Positions 1-11,728 of a stretch of DNA of 64,000 nt are shown piece by piece. Positions within the stretch are counted from its first letter, which is position 1. Every line of letters starts with the position of its first letter. The notes below the pieces were generated by a model, which did not search any database, was not told the DNA's origin, and saw only the letters and a program-made list of their open reading frames with translations. The translations under genes and the position numbers were made by a program. The DNA is from Podarcis vaucheri (lineage: Eukaryota), in the NCBI GenBank assembly GCA_965113315.1, contig OZ220370.1; one strand, written 5' to 3'.

Positions 1-1200
1 TGTCCATGGGACATCCAACTAGCGCTGCCAGGACTCCTCCAGAATCGTCAACTTAGATTAATTTCTGGAGGAGCAGCTCGCGCACCAAGCTGTCTCCACC
101 CACGGAAGCCTCCCTCTTATTCTACGCAATTCTCAAAAGTGCGGGTGCCTGGTCCTCTTTTGCAGCTGGCCACCCTGCTCCAAGTATTGCGCTTCGCACC
201 TTCGACGTGCAATATAATAAATACAACTTTTTTTTAAGTGGGGAGGAGGAAGCGAAGAGCACAGCTCCTCCGTTCAGGGGATCTTCTAAGTAAGATCTTT
301 TAAGGGAAGGCTTTGTCTCCGGGATAACACAAACCGGAGAGAAGAAAGCCAGCCAGCATCCGCGGAGGCGGAGCATCGCTTCCAACTCACCGCAATGATT
401 TATACGACCCTGGAAAGGCAGCAACCCTTTAAACGTGCTTTAAAGTCTGCATGGCGGGTCAAGGAATGGGCAAGGGCTACCAGAGTCCTATAGCCAATCT
501 GACTTTGGTTTCAAAGAGATCAACGGAAGGGATGTAAGCGTCGGCTGCGTGTGCCCGGCTGTGTATGCCTGCTAGTAGCTTGCAATTCGGCAGAGAAAAG
601 AGACTGGCGCTTTGGGTTTCGCTCTGCAAAAAGGACCCCCGTGCAGGATGCAGCCAGGGTTCCAGCGGCAAAGAGAAACGAAGGGGAGCAAGCGAAGGCG
701 CACAGCTTGCCTGCGCTCCTACATTCCCTGCTGAACTTCCGGAGCTGCGAAAATTCTGGTCTCCTAGTTTTTTCTTCGCCGCGACGCCTGTTCGCTTTCT
801 TCATGCAGCCCCCTCCAAAGCTATCTCTCCGGCAGATCTCAACAAAGTTATCGAGGGAGAGTGAAAGGGACAGAAAGAAGGGGAAACAAAGGAAAAGGGA
901 CTTGCTGCCCAAAGCAAGGTGGAACAGAGTGCAAAGATAGTCCAGAAGTGGATGCTGGTCGTGAGCTGGCGGCAGGCTGCAACCCAGGTTCGCCCAAGGA
1001 TGCGCTGGGGGCAGATTCATCCCCCACATACGTGCTTTACTCATCATGCCAGAATCAGTATCGGATCCCTCGGGTCTTCGGGTAAGTGCGAAATGTTTAA
1101 TAGGACAAGAACTGTGGTCAAGGCGGTACCTGGTGCTGCTGCTGCAACGCTCTTGGGGTGCCTGAGCAGCGATAGTTGTTTCTTATACAGTCAGGAGACG
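1..1200. promoter_or_regulatory. CpG-rich island-like region, probable promoter/5' end of the adjacent gene
   Basis: CpG and GC density far above the rest of the window; no recognisable repeat; consensus splice donors on both strands. Confidence 0.55.
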
Positions 1201-1391
1201 GTTGACTTAACTTTGTCTGAAATATTGCCTTGCGTGCAAATATATTCCACTGACACTAGAGGGAGCTATTTGCAGCTGCATGTCTTTAGGATGAACATGG
1301 CCTCCTCCGTTAGTTCTTGAGAATTGGCAATGTTTTCCCCGACAACAAAGCCTGGGAGGAAGGTGCGCCGTTCTTTACTTTGATTTCCTTA

Positions 1392-1560
1392 GGCACTATA
1401 CATTTAAAGCAGCAACACAGCACTTTAAACTATCATGGCTTTCCCCAAAGAATCCTGGGAACTGTAATTTAATGGGGCTGAATTTTAAGGGGGATTCCTA
1501 TTCATCTCAGAGCTACAATTACCAGTGTTTCATGGGAAGTGGTTTACAAAGGAGTAAGCC
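1392..1560. mobile_element. Partial lizard palindromic non-autonomous DNA element (MITE remnant)
   Basis: catttaaagcag...catggctttccccaaagaatcctgggaactgta...gagctacaatt, recalled as a common squamate MITE. Confidence 0.55.
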
Positions 1561-1581
1561 CCACTGGACAAAGTGGGAAGG

Positions 1582-1615
<34 letters not shown>

Positions 1616-1620
<5 letters not shown>

Positions 1621-1860
1621 GGTTTTGGTGTCTTCGGGTGTCTTCCCGTGTAAGAGTCGGGGTGTCTGTGCGACGTTTCGACGAGGTCTCACTCGTCATC
1701 TTCAGGCTCTGTTCCAGTAACAAGAAGCCGAAAGCACCAGCCTGAAGATGACGAGTGAGACCTCGTCGAAACGTCGCACAGACACCCCGACTCTTACACG
1801 GGAAGACACCCGAAGACACCAAAACCTGCATTCCTATACCCGTGAAAATCTACGAAAGCA
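1616..1860. mobile_element. Penelope-like element remnant: inverted pLTR fragments with hammerhead motifs, inserted in (TA)n
   Basis: Perfect 93-bp inverted repeat 1616-1708/1739-1831; CTGAAGA..GAAAC core; about 30-nt tail ccgtgaaaatctacgaaagca; (TA)n on both sides. Confidence 0.8.
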
Positions 1861-3549
1861 TATATATATATATATATATACGTGCATGCATGCATGCATG
1901 GATAAAAGTGCATTGCATATGCAGAACTAAGATCAGCTCCTGGTGGAGACCACAAAGGGGATCTTCCCATTATTCACATCCTTCACCAATGGAGAAAAAA
2001 CCCCCCTGCCCAAGCTGTATCCCAAGAAACAGCAGTTCCCCTTTCAAGCACAGTCCGTTTAGCACCCAGAAGGTTGACTGTGCAGGCCAAACCACCCTTT
2101 CAGTATATGAGACCACTGAGCTCCAAAGGTTGTGCAAGGTTTCAATTCTGACCATGCTGAGTAGTTCCTATTGATTGACAACCACTTTAATCACTCTGTC
2201 AGAAAGTAAGAATGTCAAGTAAAAAACTGAATCTAGATGCTAGATAACCTGCACCCAAGTCTTTTTTCCAGTTGGCAATAAAACATTAGTGTGAGCTTAT
2301 TTGGTGTTATTTGTACTTTCAGACACACCTGCTACAGAATGCCATCTAGATAGTGATAGATGTGAATGGCATTCCTGTGGCTTACTTTCCATTCCCACTG
2401 ACGGAGAAAGCGAAAGGCTGAAAGTGCTCAGTGGGTCATCTGAAGCTGCTCTCTGACACCACCTTTGTCTTTGCGGTTTTGTTCTGCAGTGGTTTCCCTG
2501 CTCCTTACCCCCAATTTTGCTTTGTGTGTTGGTCCCACCTCTTGGGGTTAAGTAGCAGTTTTCCTCAGAATGTTTAAAATTGATTTGTCATCAGGTAGGG
2601 AGCTTCATTCCTTTCCAGTGGGGTTTGATGATGTAGCCTTGGCTTTCTGGTGCAGGTGGTACTTAGAATAGTTGCCAGACTAGTAATACTTGGACTTGCC
2701 ATTTTGGTTCTTCCCGTTTGGCTTGAAACCTAGGATAAGTACAAAGCTAAAAGCAGGTCAACAAAATGACTGTGCATTGCCAAAGAATGAGGCTATAGAT
2801 ATATTATAGCCTGAAGTGCCTCCTGTGCAGAGTGATCAGTGTCTGATAAGTTTCCTTTCAGAGCAATCATAGTTGGGAACAGTTTGGAATCAATTTTGAA
2901 AACAGGAGCAATGCCCTGTTAGATATCAATATGTTTACTCTACTTACTTCAAGATATGGAAAACTAGTCCTTTTGAATTTGGAGGCCCTCCTGCAATTTT
3001 TGCTGAAGGGGGCCCAGGCTGCCTGCCCCAATGACACCAGTGACCACTTAAAAGGAGGCTTCAAAAGGATATTAGAAATAACTTCCATTAGCCCCCAAAT
3101 GTAGTTGACTGAGAGGTAAAAGCACCTGCCGAAGAAAAACCAACTTGCTACTGAGGTACAGAACAAGTGGGAGAATCAGTCAAAGGTGGTGGTGGTCTCT
3201 CCTGATATGTTCCACTGTTCAGAATGATAGGCAGCATGTAACTCAGGTCTATGTTGCTGCACAGCAGATAACCCAGAAAATTCAGTATACTCTTCAGTGA
3301 GCATATAGCTAATGAAACCCAGAATAAAATTATTTCCAATCTGCCAAAAATCGAAATGTCAACCCTTGCACTTAAATCTGTCCGTCAAATTCACTGGGTG
3401 ACACAAAGAAATGTAGTAAGGTGTGGTGGTGCTGAAAAGATGGGGAGGTCTTTATTTAGGAAAGGATCCTGTGCGCAGTAGCCCAGCACCTGGCTTTGTA
3501 TGCAGGAGTTTCCAGGTTCAATCCCTGGCATCTCCTGCTATCTAGCTGG

Positions 3550-3918
3550 CAGCTAGATAGCTCCGTTGGTCAGAGTATGGTGTTGGTTATGCCAAAGTTG
3601 CAGCCATGATCCCAATAAGGGACAGCTGCATATTCCTCTTTTGCAGAGGGTTGGACTAGAGCAGGGGTCAGCAACCCGCGGCTCCGGAGCCGCATGTGGC
3701 TCTTTTACACCTTTGCCGCGGCTCCGGGGCGCATACTAGTGAGGCGAGGAGGCGCATTGTGTGCCCCGACACTCCCCACTGTTTTAAATGTCGCAATGGT
3801 TTTGCAGCTCCCAGTTTTTTCTTCTTCGGTCCAAGTGGCTCTTTTTGTCTTAAAGGTTGCAGACCGCTGGACTAGAGGATCCTAAGGGTCCCTTTCAACC
3901 TTTATGATTCTATGATTC
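3550..3918 (+). mobile_element. tRNA-derived SINE with CR1 tail, split by a hAT MITE
   Basis: tagctccgttggtcagag head; gggttggactaga...atgattctatgattc CR1-type tail; homologous to 46955-47101. Confidence 0.75.
3662..3869. mobile_element. hAT non-autonomous DNA transposon
   Basis: TIRs CAGGGGTCAGCAACC / GGTTGCAGACCGCTG; perfect 8-bp TSD GACTAGAG (3654-3661, 3870-3877). Confidence 0.9.
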
Positions 3919-4988
3919 CGGGAACCCTTCTCTTCTAGAAATCTAGAGAGCTACAGTCAGTGTAAACAATGCTGAGCTAAACGAAGCAGAGGTCTGACTT
4001 GGTGTAAGGCAACTTCCTGTATCTCAAAGAAAAAGCAAATGAGAATAGAGTCTATTCTGCAACAAAGTTTAAGCAGCGCTATTTGGCTGCAATACCTCCC
4101 CAGAAATGTGTGCCTGTGTTTGTATGCCACACAGAAGGGTTATTTCCCACCACTTAACAATTCTTTCTGTGTCCTAGTTTTCCTCAGCAAAAGATATAGT
4201 ACCATTGGGGGCCCTGATATGCTGGGCTTGTGTGTAGGAGTGGTTCTTACGGCGCTATAATGCTATGCTATAATCCATAGAAGTTGTTGGGGTTTTCCAA
4301 GTGTTTCTTGCAACCAGTTTACATTATACAGGCTCTTTAAGATGGCTCAGGTAGCAACTGAGAAACTAATGTTGAAATAGTAATAGAAAAAGGGCTTGCA
4401 TAGTGGGTCAAGTTCTTCTATAGCCTCTTTTTTTTAAAGCCCTGCATTTCTTGAAAGTTGTGTATCTCTTCCACCACCCACCCTACTCCAATGCAGCATT
4501 CGAAGCCAGTGCAATCCTCTTAGCTGTAGTTGTCCTCAAAGGAATAGTGGGGGGAATGCATGGGCTCACCCCCTCACTGCTTTTTAATAGCCCAGAAGTG
4601 ATAGGCAAGTTCACACATACACACTCCCCTCAGTTTTTGCTGCTCATCCTGTACTGCATGAGGCCACAGGTGAGAGGGAACACTGATTAGTAGGATCATT
4701 TATCAAGCAAACGGTCAGATTTTGCCCACAGGTTTCCAAGGTATACACATGTAGTATGGCTGGCTGTGCTAATTGCACTTGAACCCAGGCATTAAAGAGT
4801 CCATTACTGGAATGACTTAAGCATGCCAGCTCTAGAGACAGTACATTGAGAGGACCAATGAAGAAGCCTGCTGTCTTAATTCAACTCATCGCCATCTACC
4901 AACTGGGATGCTGTGACTCTCCTGGCACAACTTTTTGCACGCACAAATGGCACAACAGAAGAAATGTTGCTATGTCTAAAACCATGTA

Positions 4989-5221
4989 NNNNNNNNNNNN
5001 NNNNNNNNNNNNNNNNNNNNNNNNNNNNNNNNNNNNNNNNNNNNNNNNNNNNNNNNNNNNNNNNNNNNNNNNNNNNNNNNNNNNNNNNNNNNNNNNNNNN
5101 NNNNNNNNNNNNNNNNNNNNNNNNNNNNNNNNNNNNNNNNNNNNNNNNNNNNNNNNNNNNNNNNNNNNNNNNNNNNNNNNNNNNNNNNNNNNNNNNNNNN
5201 NNNNNNNNNNNNNNNNNNNNN
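4989..5221. other. Assembly gap (233 N)
   Basis: Run of N. Confidence 0.99.
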
Positions 5222-5459
5222 TAAATCACAACCTGAAAACACTGTAAGCTTTCTCCTGAAGAACCATAGTTTATATATTGCTTAGTTTTACCCTCGTATA
5301 ATCTTTTCATATACACACACTCATACACATCTCAGATGCAACTTCATGAGGAACTGTACAAATAAAACCCACAAATGACAAAAGAAAAAAAATAAGAATC
5401 AATGCTTGAAGAAATGTGTCCATCATCTCTATTCAACGACTGAAAGCTAAGTGATGATG

Positions 5460-5607
5460 NNNNNNNNNNNNNNNNNNNNNNNNNNNNNNNNNNNNNNNNN
5501 NNNNNNNNNNNNNNNNNNNNNNNNNNNNNNNNNNNNNNNNNNNNNNNNNNNNNNNNNNNNNNNNNNNNNNNNNNNNNNNNNNNNNNNNNNNNNNNNNNNN
5601 NNNNNNN
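5460..5607. other. Assembly gap (148 N)
   Basis: Run of N. Confidence 0.99.
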
Positions 5608-6081
5608 AGAAACTAAAAAGATTTTGTTTTAGTCTACAAAGAAACACCAGGGAGAAAATTCTAATTAAAAACCAAAGCCACTACAGTAATTTTCTTTTGT
5701 GCAGAGAATGCTTTTGCTCTTAGGTAGCAATACTACCATACAAATACTAGAAAACTTTAAATTCACACCTACAATTAATGGCTTAAGTTGCATTTCAAAA
5801 CTGATTGTGTATCTTTGGGTTTTGCAAGTAGAGCTGAACCACCTTTTTCATGTGTTAAGCCCATATGAACTCCTTTTTGTAAAAAAAGAAAGAAAGAAAA
5901 CCCACATAGATTAAAAATGCTTTATATAAATGGCAAAAACATTGCTTTCAGTTAATATAGACTAATGGACTGGTGGGGCCCCCATTTTTAAAAAATCTTT
6001 GATTGACTGTTAGATGTTGAAAAATATCAACTTCACTGATAGCACTTTACCTGAATTTGGTTGAATGGAGCTTTCATATAA

Positions 6082-6130
6082 TTGTAGAGTTGGGGGGGAC
6101 CATCAAGGGACATCTAGTCCAACCCCCTAT
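6082..6130 (-). mobile_element. Short CR1/CR1-tail SINE 3' fragment within the NCOA2 3'UTR
   Basis: tagagttggggggaccatcaagggacatctagtccaacccc matches the CR1 3' end seen at 57736-57778. Confidence 0.65.
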
Positions 6131-8644
6131 GCCATGTGGTTATATATGTGTATTTTTTAAAAAAAATTAAGACCTCTTAAGTCCTTCACACTTATTATAA
6201 GAGAACACTGATTATGTTCCAGCATAAAATCCAATTGCTATCTCTATTGATTTTACTGTGTATGGAATTAGAAACACTGAATATAAAAAAGAAATTAAAA
6301 TTTGGCATGGTTACCTTTGTCTCTAGCATGATTAACATAACCAGAAAATGCCTACTCATTGTTTTCAGTTCATTGACCCCAATAAATTTTCTGATGGATA
6401 TAACCACTTATTTTAAAATTCAACTAAATATGGGCAAACGAAGAAATATTCTGAACTGGCTCAAGTTAAAAATTACTTATTTGCCTACTTTTTAAAATTA
6501 AAAATGTTTTGAGAGAGAATATTTCAAAGGTAAAATGTTTAATCCAAAACCTAGAGGTTAAAAATGATCAAATTTTAATCCAGACATAATTTTACTATTA
6601 ATATTAAAAAACTTTTCTTAATGTTATGGAGCTCAGGGCTGACATATCATAGATTTCCACCAGATGGCTCAGTTGTCTGAATAGCTACTTTTGAGTTTAA
6701 CCGACAAAGTGGTGGGTGACTGCTCAGAAGTGCAGTTTCTCCCAGTGTAACAGGAGAGCCACTCAACAGGAAACAAATGGTTTGAAATGAATTCTATATA
6801 TTCCTTAACTTATTTTTTGTCTTAGCACTCTATGAAAGTCAGATTCTTTGTATATTTTAACCCTCATCACAAGCAAACAAGATTTCAAGGTTAACAAGCC
6901 TTCTCCCAAATACATGAATGATGATTGAGATAATATAAAATGCATTGCATTTTAAGTAACATCCAAAATTTTGAGTCCAGGTATGAAAGTGTGTGGATTG
7001 TGGGAAGGGAGAAACAGGAGGTCAAAAACAACCAGCTTCCTGGTATTTTAAGTCCACAGAAACTGATGCCAGCTTATACTAAAACATTACTGGAACCATA
7101 GCAGGTAAGAGTAAAACCACCTTAAGCAGTGGCCTGCTGAACAACAGTTTTTCTAAGATTCATTAAGAAAGAATATAAACATACAAAAAAGTCAAGAATT
7201 GGCTCCTACAGTGGCTGCATATAATATAAGGTTAGATAAATGACTTTATGAGCAGAATCGCAAGGTTTAGAAAATGAAGTTTCAAGCCTACAAATTAGGT
7301 CTAATCAAGGCATTGTGATCCTTTACAAAACACTTTTTTTCCCCAGGAGACACACATAGCTATGAAGATATCTAATTTAATACTGAAGTACCTCATTTGG
7401 AAATCAACTCCACAACATGTATACCTCACAAAATTATACAATTAAAACACTAAAGTCTTCAACTTAAATTATTGCTTGTTTACATAGAAACTGGTTTTTA
7501 TGTACCTTACAAAATGTCCTCAGTCCCCGCTGCTTCAAAATAATTAGAACACATGATGGTTAACTCTGTAGTGATATCTGCCATAGCTTAAGTCATTATT
7601 TTCCCCAGTTGTGGAGATGGGGGGAAATTAAGTTTTATCATTTACATCAGATGCCTTTAAGTTCTGATTTTTTTATGCCTCAATCCTGCCACTTCCATCA
7701 CCAAAAGATGCACCCTTATTTAAAATGATTATTCAGCAACTAGTTACCTGCAACCTAGAACTCAGGTAACAAACCTAGGGATACAATGAGGGTTAGTCAT
7801 TTCTCCATCCTGTAAAAAAAGAAACAGAGAAAGGGCAACTGAAGGCAGGAGAAAAGGGATGCTAACTTTAGTTAATTTTTTAGGATGCTGAAATCAATTG
7901 AATGGGAACTTAAATTGGTTTGACTCATGATTTCGTTCAAAGTAACCAAAAGAACTTTAAAAACAGCCCTCTCACAGGATATTTTAACCTGTTTACAAAT
8001 GTAAACCTATTCAAAACGGACTGGTTTTGTTTTCTAGCATGGGATGTCTAGTCAACTAGATACCTTTCCCCCAAAACAGTTAGATGTCTGTTCTCCACAT
8101 TTTGTCATTTAGCACTATGAGAGTCGTAATCCAGCTAACGCCCCACCTCATAAAGTGGAGGTTTTAATATTAACCCACTTATTTCCAGATGGAACTGAAT
8201 CCTTTGCACCAGACTGTGTAGCGAAGGAAAACAGAAAGAGATAAAGATCTAAATCTACAAACAGAACAGAATGAGAGCATGGTTGGTTTTCCTTAAATAC
8301 ATACATTTAAATACATTCAATCTGACACGGTTTATGAAAACTGGCTATCAACATTTACTTTGCAGGAGAGATCTAAGTTGCACTAAGGTGAATGCAGTGA
8401 ACAGACTGAGCAACTGTCTGTACGCTAGCTTCAGACTGTCAAAGAAGAGGCTGCTCCTCCACCAACAATGGTTTTGATTCCACTCAAGTGGCGTTGTTCC
8501 GTTTGCAGCACTAAACTCTACTTTCTCCAGCAGAACCGACTGGCAGAACAGTTGGGGCAAAACCAAACATATGCAGCTCTTCAAACTGGTAAGAAGTCTG
8601 GGCTGGGGAACCCAGTCAGTTGAAGAAATTAGCAATCTTCAGGG

Positions 8645-8656
8645 TCAGCAATATTT
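8645..8656 (-). CDS. NCOA2: NCOA2 terminal coding exon (KYC-stop)
   Basis: Pyrimidine tract + ttctag|AAA TAT TGC TGA; matches the conserved NCOA2 C-terminus RKYC. Confidence 0.93.
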   Translation of the reverse strand, partial: KYC

Positions 8657-8709
8657 CTAGAAGACCAAAAAGGAAAAAGAGGCATTAATAGCAATGCTTA
8701 ACTGAGTAT

Positions 8710-9137
8710 GTATTGTTCTTGGGGGACAAGGGGCAGGCGGGTGTGGAGGACTCCCTGGTCCTGAATGGGGCAACTGTGCCTCTGAAGGACCAGGTGCACA
8801 GCCTGGGAGTCATTTTGGACTCACAGCTGTCCATGGAGGCACAGGTCAATTTTGTGTCCAGGGCAGCTGTTTATCAGCTCCATCTGGTACTCAGGCTGAG
8901 ACCCTACCTGCCCGTGAACTGTCTCGCCAGAGTGGTGCACGCTCTGGTTATCTTCCGCTTGGACTACTGCAATGCGCTCTACGTAGGGCTACCTTTGAAG
9001 GTGACCCGGAAACTACAACTAATCCAGAATGCGGCAGCTAGACTGGTGACTGGGAGTGGCTGCTGACACCACATAACACCGGTCCTGAAAGACCTACATT
9101 GGCTCCCAGTACGTTTCCGAGCACAATTCAAAGTGTT
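8710..9137 (+). mobile_element. L2-clade LINE ORF2 fragment in the last NCOA2 intron
   Basis: 117-aa ORF ..LGVILDSQLSMEAQV..HALVIFRLDYCNALYVGLP..KLQLIQNAAARLVTG, typical of the L2/CR1 post-RT region. Confidence 0.88.
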
Positions 9138-9272
9138 TGACTAGTTTTGAGAATGAATTTGCCAGAATATTTTTCTAAGAAGTCCACTTAGGAAGAATCA
9201 TATTACTTGTAACTGGATAAAATTGCATCTATTCCTTAAAAGATTCAAGGCAAAATGTGAACCGTTTCTTAC

Positions 9273-9362
9273 CCGTGATGCATCTCCCTCCTGCTTTATC
9301 ATATCCATTCCAGGTAGCTGGTTTGGAAAAAGATTGCCTCCTCTCATAGCAGGATCATTAAC
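9273..9362 (-). CDS. NCOA2: NCOA2 coding exon 20
   Basis: [30 protein letters not shown]; 90 nt. Confidence 0.95.
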
Positions 9363-9734
9363 CTACGGCAAGGAGAAGACTCGTTTGTAAGTCACTGGGG
9401 GAAATAGAAAGCATCTTTGAATAAACCACAACACTGCATGCATGCATGCACAGACACACACACACCTTTCTAGCCAAAAATATAACAAAATAAGAGAGCA
9501 GACTTAATGAGGAGGCACATGTCATACAAGGTGTTGTGCTATGTGCTCACCTCCACTTCTCTCCCTTCTTTACACTGTCATTCTTATGCACATTTTGCTC
9601 TTGCCCTATTTTGAGTTGGTTACTGTGAGAGGGGGAGTGTCTCCAGGCAAATGTTAAAATTTGTAATTTATGTTGGGAAAAGCTGTATTAAATCAACTAC
9701 TGGTTACAAATTTCACCAGGCAGAGAATTCTCAC

Positions 9735-9933
9735 CTGCTCAGGACCCATGGAGGACAACCCTGATGTAGGCACAGAGGTTGCTGAGGTCATGCTGATCTG
9801 TCCTGTCATCTGGTTCATGTTGTTCATACCGCTTGTGTTGGTCACCATGGATACATTGATGTTCATGTTGTTATTGTACATGCTGGTGTTAGCTTGCTGC
9901 CCGAAGTGTGGAGGAGATTGTTGTGAAAACATG
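9735..9933 (-). CDS. NCOA2: NCOA2 coding exon 19 (AD2 region)
   Basis: [20 protein letters not shown]...GLSSMGPEQ; 199 nt. Confidence 0.96.
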
Positions 9934-10839
9934 CTGCAGGATGAAATACACACCAGCACGTCAGAATCAAGATGTTCATCCTTCAGGCCTTGAACATTCC
10001 TGAACACCTCAGAGGGTTAGTGCATCTGGGGACGCCTTCAATAAATGGAGTCTGATTATCAGTGCACAAAGCATGCATTTCTTTCTCAGCTTGTAAGTAA
10101 TGTGATGATTAGGTCTGCAAAAATTCTCCCCACAATTTGCCAAAATAATATATGCGTTAAATAGACCTACAGCATCTTTAAAAGAGTAATAAATTGGAAA
10201 AGAAACTTTTCCTGCTTATCTTTTAACATCAAGATGCAAAGACACTTAAAATATTCTGAGCTAAACCTTAGGGCCATCTAAACATAGTTGTCGTGCTCAT
10301 TCAAGAGAAACCAATGCAGTGATCTAGATGTGTGTGTGTGTATATATCTATCTAATTATCTGTCAGTAGGCAGAAAATTTAAAGTCCTGCAAGACTAAGT
10401 AGTTTAGTGAGTCCACTGTCTTTGTAACAGACAAGATCCTAGAAAACTGAAGAAAAAGCAGTTTGGGATGATTTGAAGTCATAATTTACAAATAAATAAT
10501 TATCATTTCAAAAAATTTGCTTCACTCCTATTCACGACTACCTGGAAATAAGTCCCAATGAATTTAATAGGACTGACTTCTGATGGGATATACAAGGATT
10601 GAACTGTGATTTATATTTTTAGCCCATGGCTGATAAATACACATCACATATATTTTATTATGGATTGGTTTTACAAACATGCAGAATAAAACTCTAATCA
10701 GAAATTCACATGTTTTTGTAGTTACTTGATCTTTTTGAAAACTGGGTGACATGGAAATTCCTACTTAGTAATGAGAGGCCCCATAAGAAAAAAGTGTAAA
10801 CTAGTCATAGTTGTTCTGCTTGAGCAACGGACTTCCCCT

Positions 10840-11298
10840 TGTGTAACAGAAATTCCTCTTCTTCCTCACTGCAGACCAACCATGCGCCATCAAAATCTGC
10901 TTCAGGAAGACCACCCTCACCATAACCAGAAGTAGGGGGAATGCAGAGAGTGGACAGAAAGGGGAAATCCCATTGCATAAGTGGTCTAGAGGGTGCCAAT
11001 GCAAGAACGGGCCTTTTCTGCAATAGCTCCCTGTTGGTAGAATGCTCTCCCCAGGGAGTTCTGGCTGATGTCTTCATCTTTAGGCGCCAGGCAATGTTTC
11101 TCTCCAACCAGGCCTTTGGCTGACTGACATCTGATGCACTTTTAAATGTGTTGTGGGAAGGAGGATTATTGGTTTGTTGTCCTTATTTTTACTATGTATT
11201 TTGTGGTTTTTATATTGTAATTTTATGTTGTGAACTGCCGTGAGATCTGCGGGTGAAGGACAGTATACAAATTTAATAACAACTACTGCTACTACTAT
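10840..11298 (+). mobile_element. Degraded L2 LINE 3' portion
   Basis: gggccttttc...gaatgctctccccagggag...tgtgaactgcc...cagtatacaaatttaata pattern shared with other L2 3' ends in the window. Confidence 0.6.
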
Positions 11299-11550
11299 GC
11301 AGTGCTGGATATGTCCCTATAGCTCCATAAGAGAATGTACAATTCATATGACATGGCCTCATGTATAGAAGTCACATGTTATATTTCACTCTCTTTTCCC
11401 AATAATGATTCTGGTGTCAGTCTGCAGCACTGCTGTGTTCTGTGAATGCCCAGATTCAACAGGATGATTGCTGAAAAAAATGCATGAATGAGCTATGTGA
11501 CAACGGCCAAAACTGACGTACTGTGAGTCATAGCCCAGTTACAAACCTAC

Positions 11551-11728
11551 CTGTTTCCACCCATATTCCCTTGTGCCCATCCATTCATCTCCGTAGAGGA
11601 TTGGTAGGCAGGATTGGCCTGAGACTGCTGAATCATGGGACTCTGGGTATGAGCCATTCTTGGGGACATCAGCGGACTTTGGGGAGTGGTAGCTCCAGTG
11701 AAGCCTGGATCGGCCTGCTGATTTATTC
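11551..11728 (-). CDS. NCOA2: NCOA2 coding exon 18
   Basis: [25 protein letters not shown]...[10 protein letters not shown]; 178 nt. Confidence 0.96.

Larger units (their letters stand above)
3463..4022 (+). mobile_element. Squam3-like tRNA SINE, interrupted by nested insertions
   Basis: Head ...ccaggttcaatccctggcatctcc (to about 3548); tail cagtcagtgtaaacaatgctgagcta...ggtctgact...aaggcaacttcct (3920-4022). Confidence 0.7.
5222..8644 (-). other. NCOA2: NCOA2 3'UTR (3' end uncertain; polyA site may fall in the N gap)
   Basis: AT-rich, repeat-poor sequence directly after the stop; several miRNA seed matches. Confidence 0.7.

Noticed and set aside
122-1320. Overlapping ORFs of 100-175 aa in the CpG-rich block
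   Set aside because: No recognisable domain and no resemblance to PRDM14; expected by chance in GC-rich DNA
4846-5723. ORFs containing long X runs
   Set aside because: Artefacts of N gaps
9198-9272. Extra LxxLL motif in the intron-retained C-terminus (analogy to SRC-1a)
   Set aside because: The sequence is ALNLL, not LxxLL
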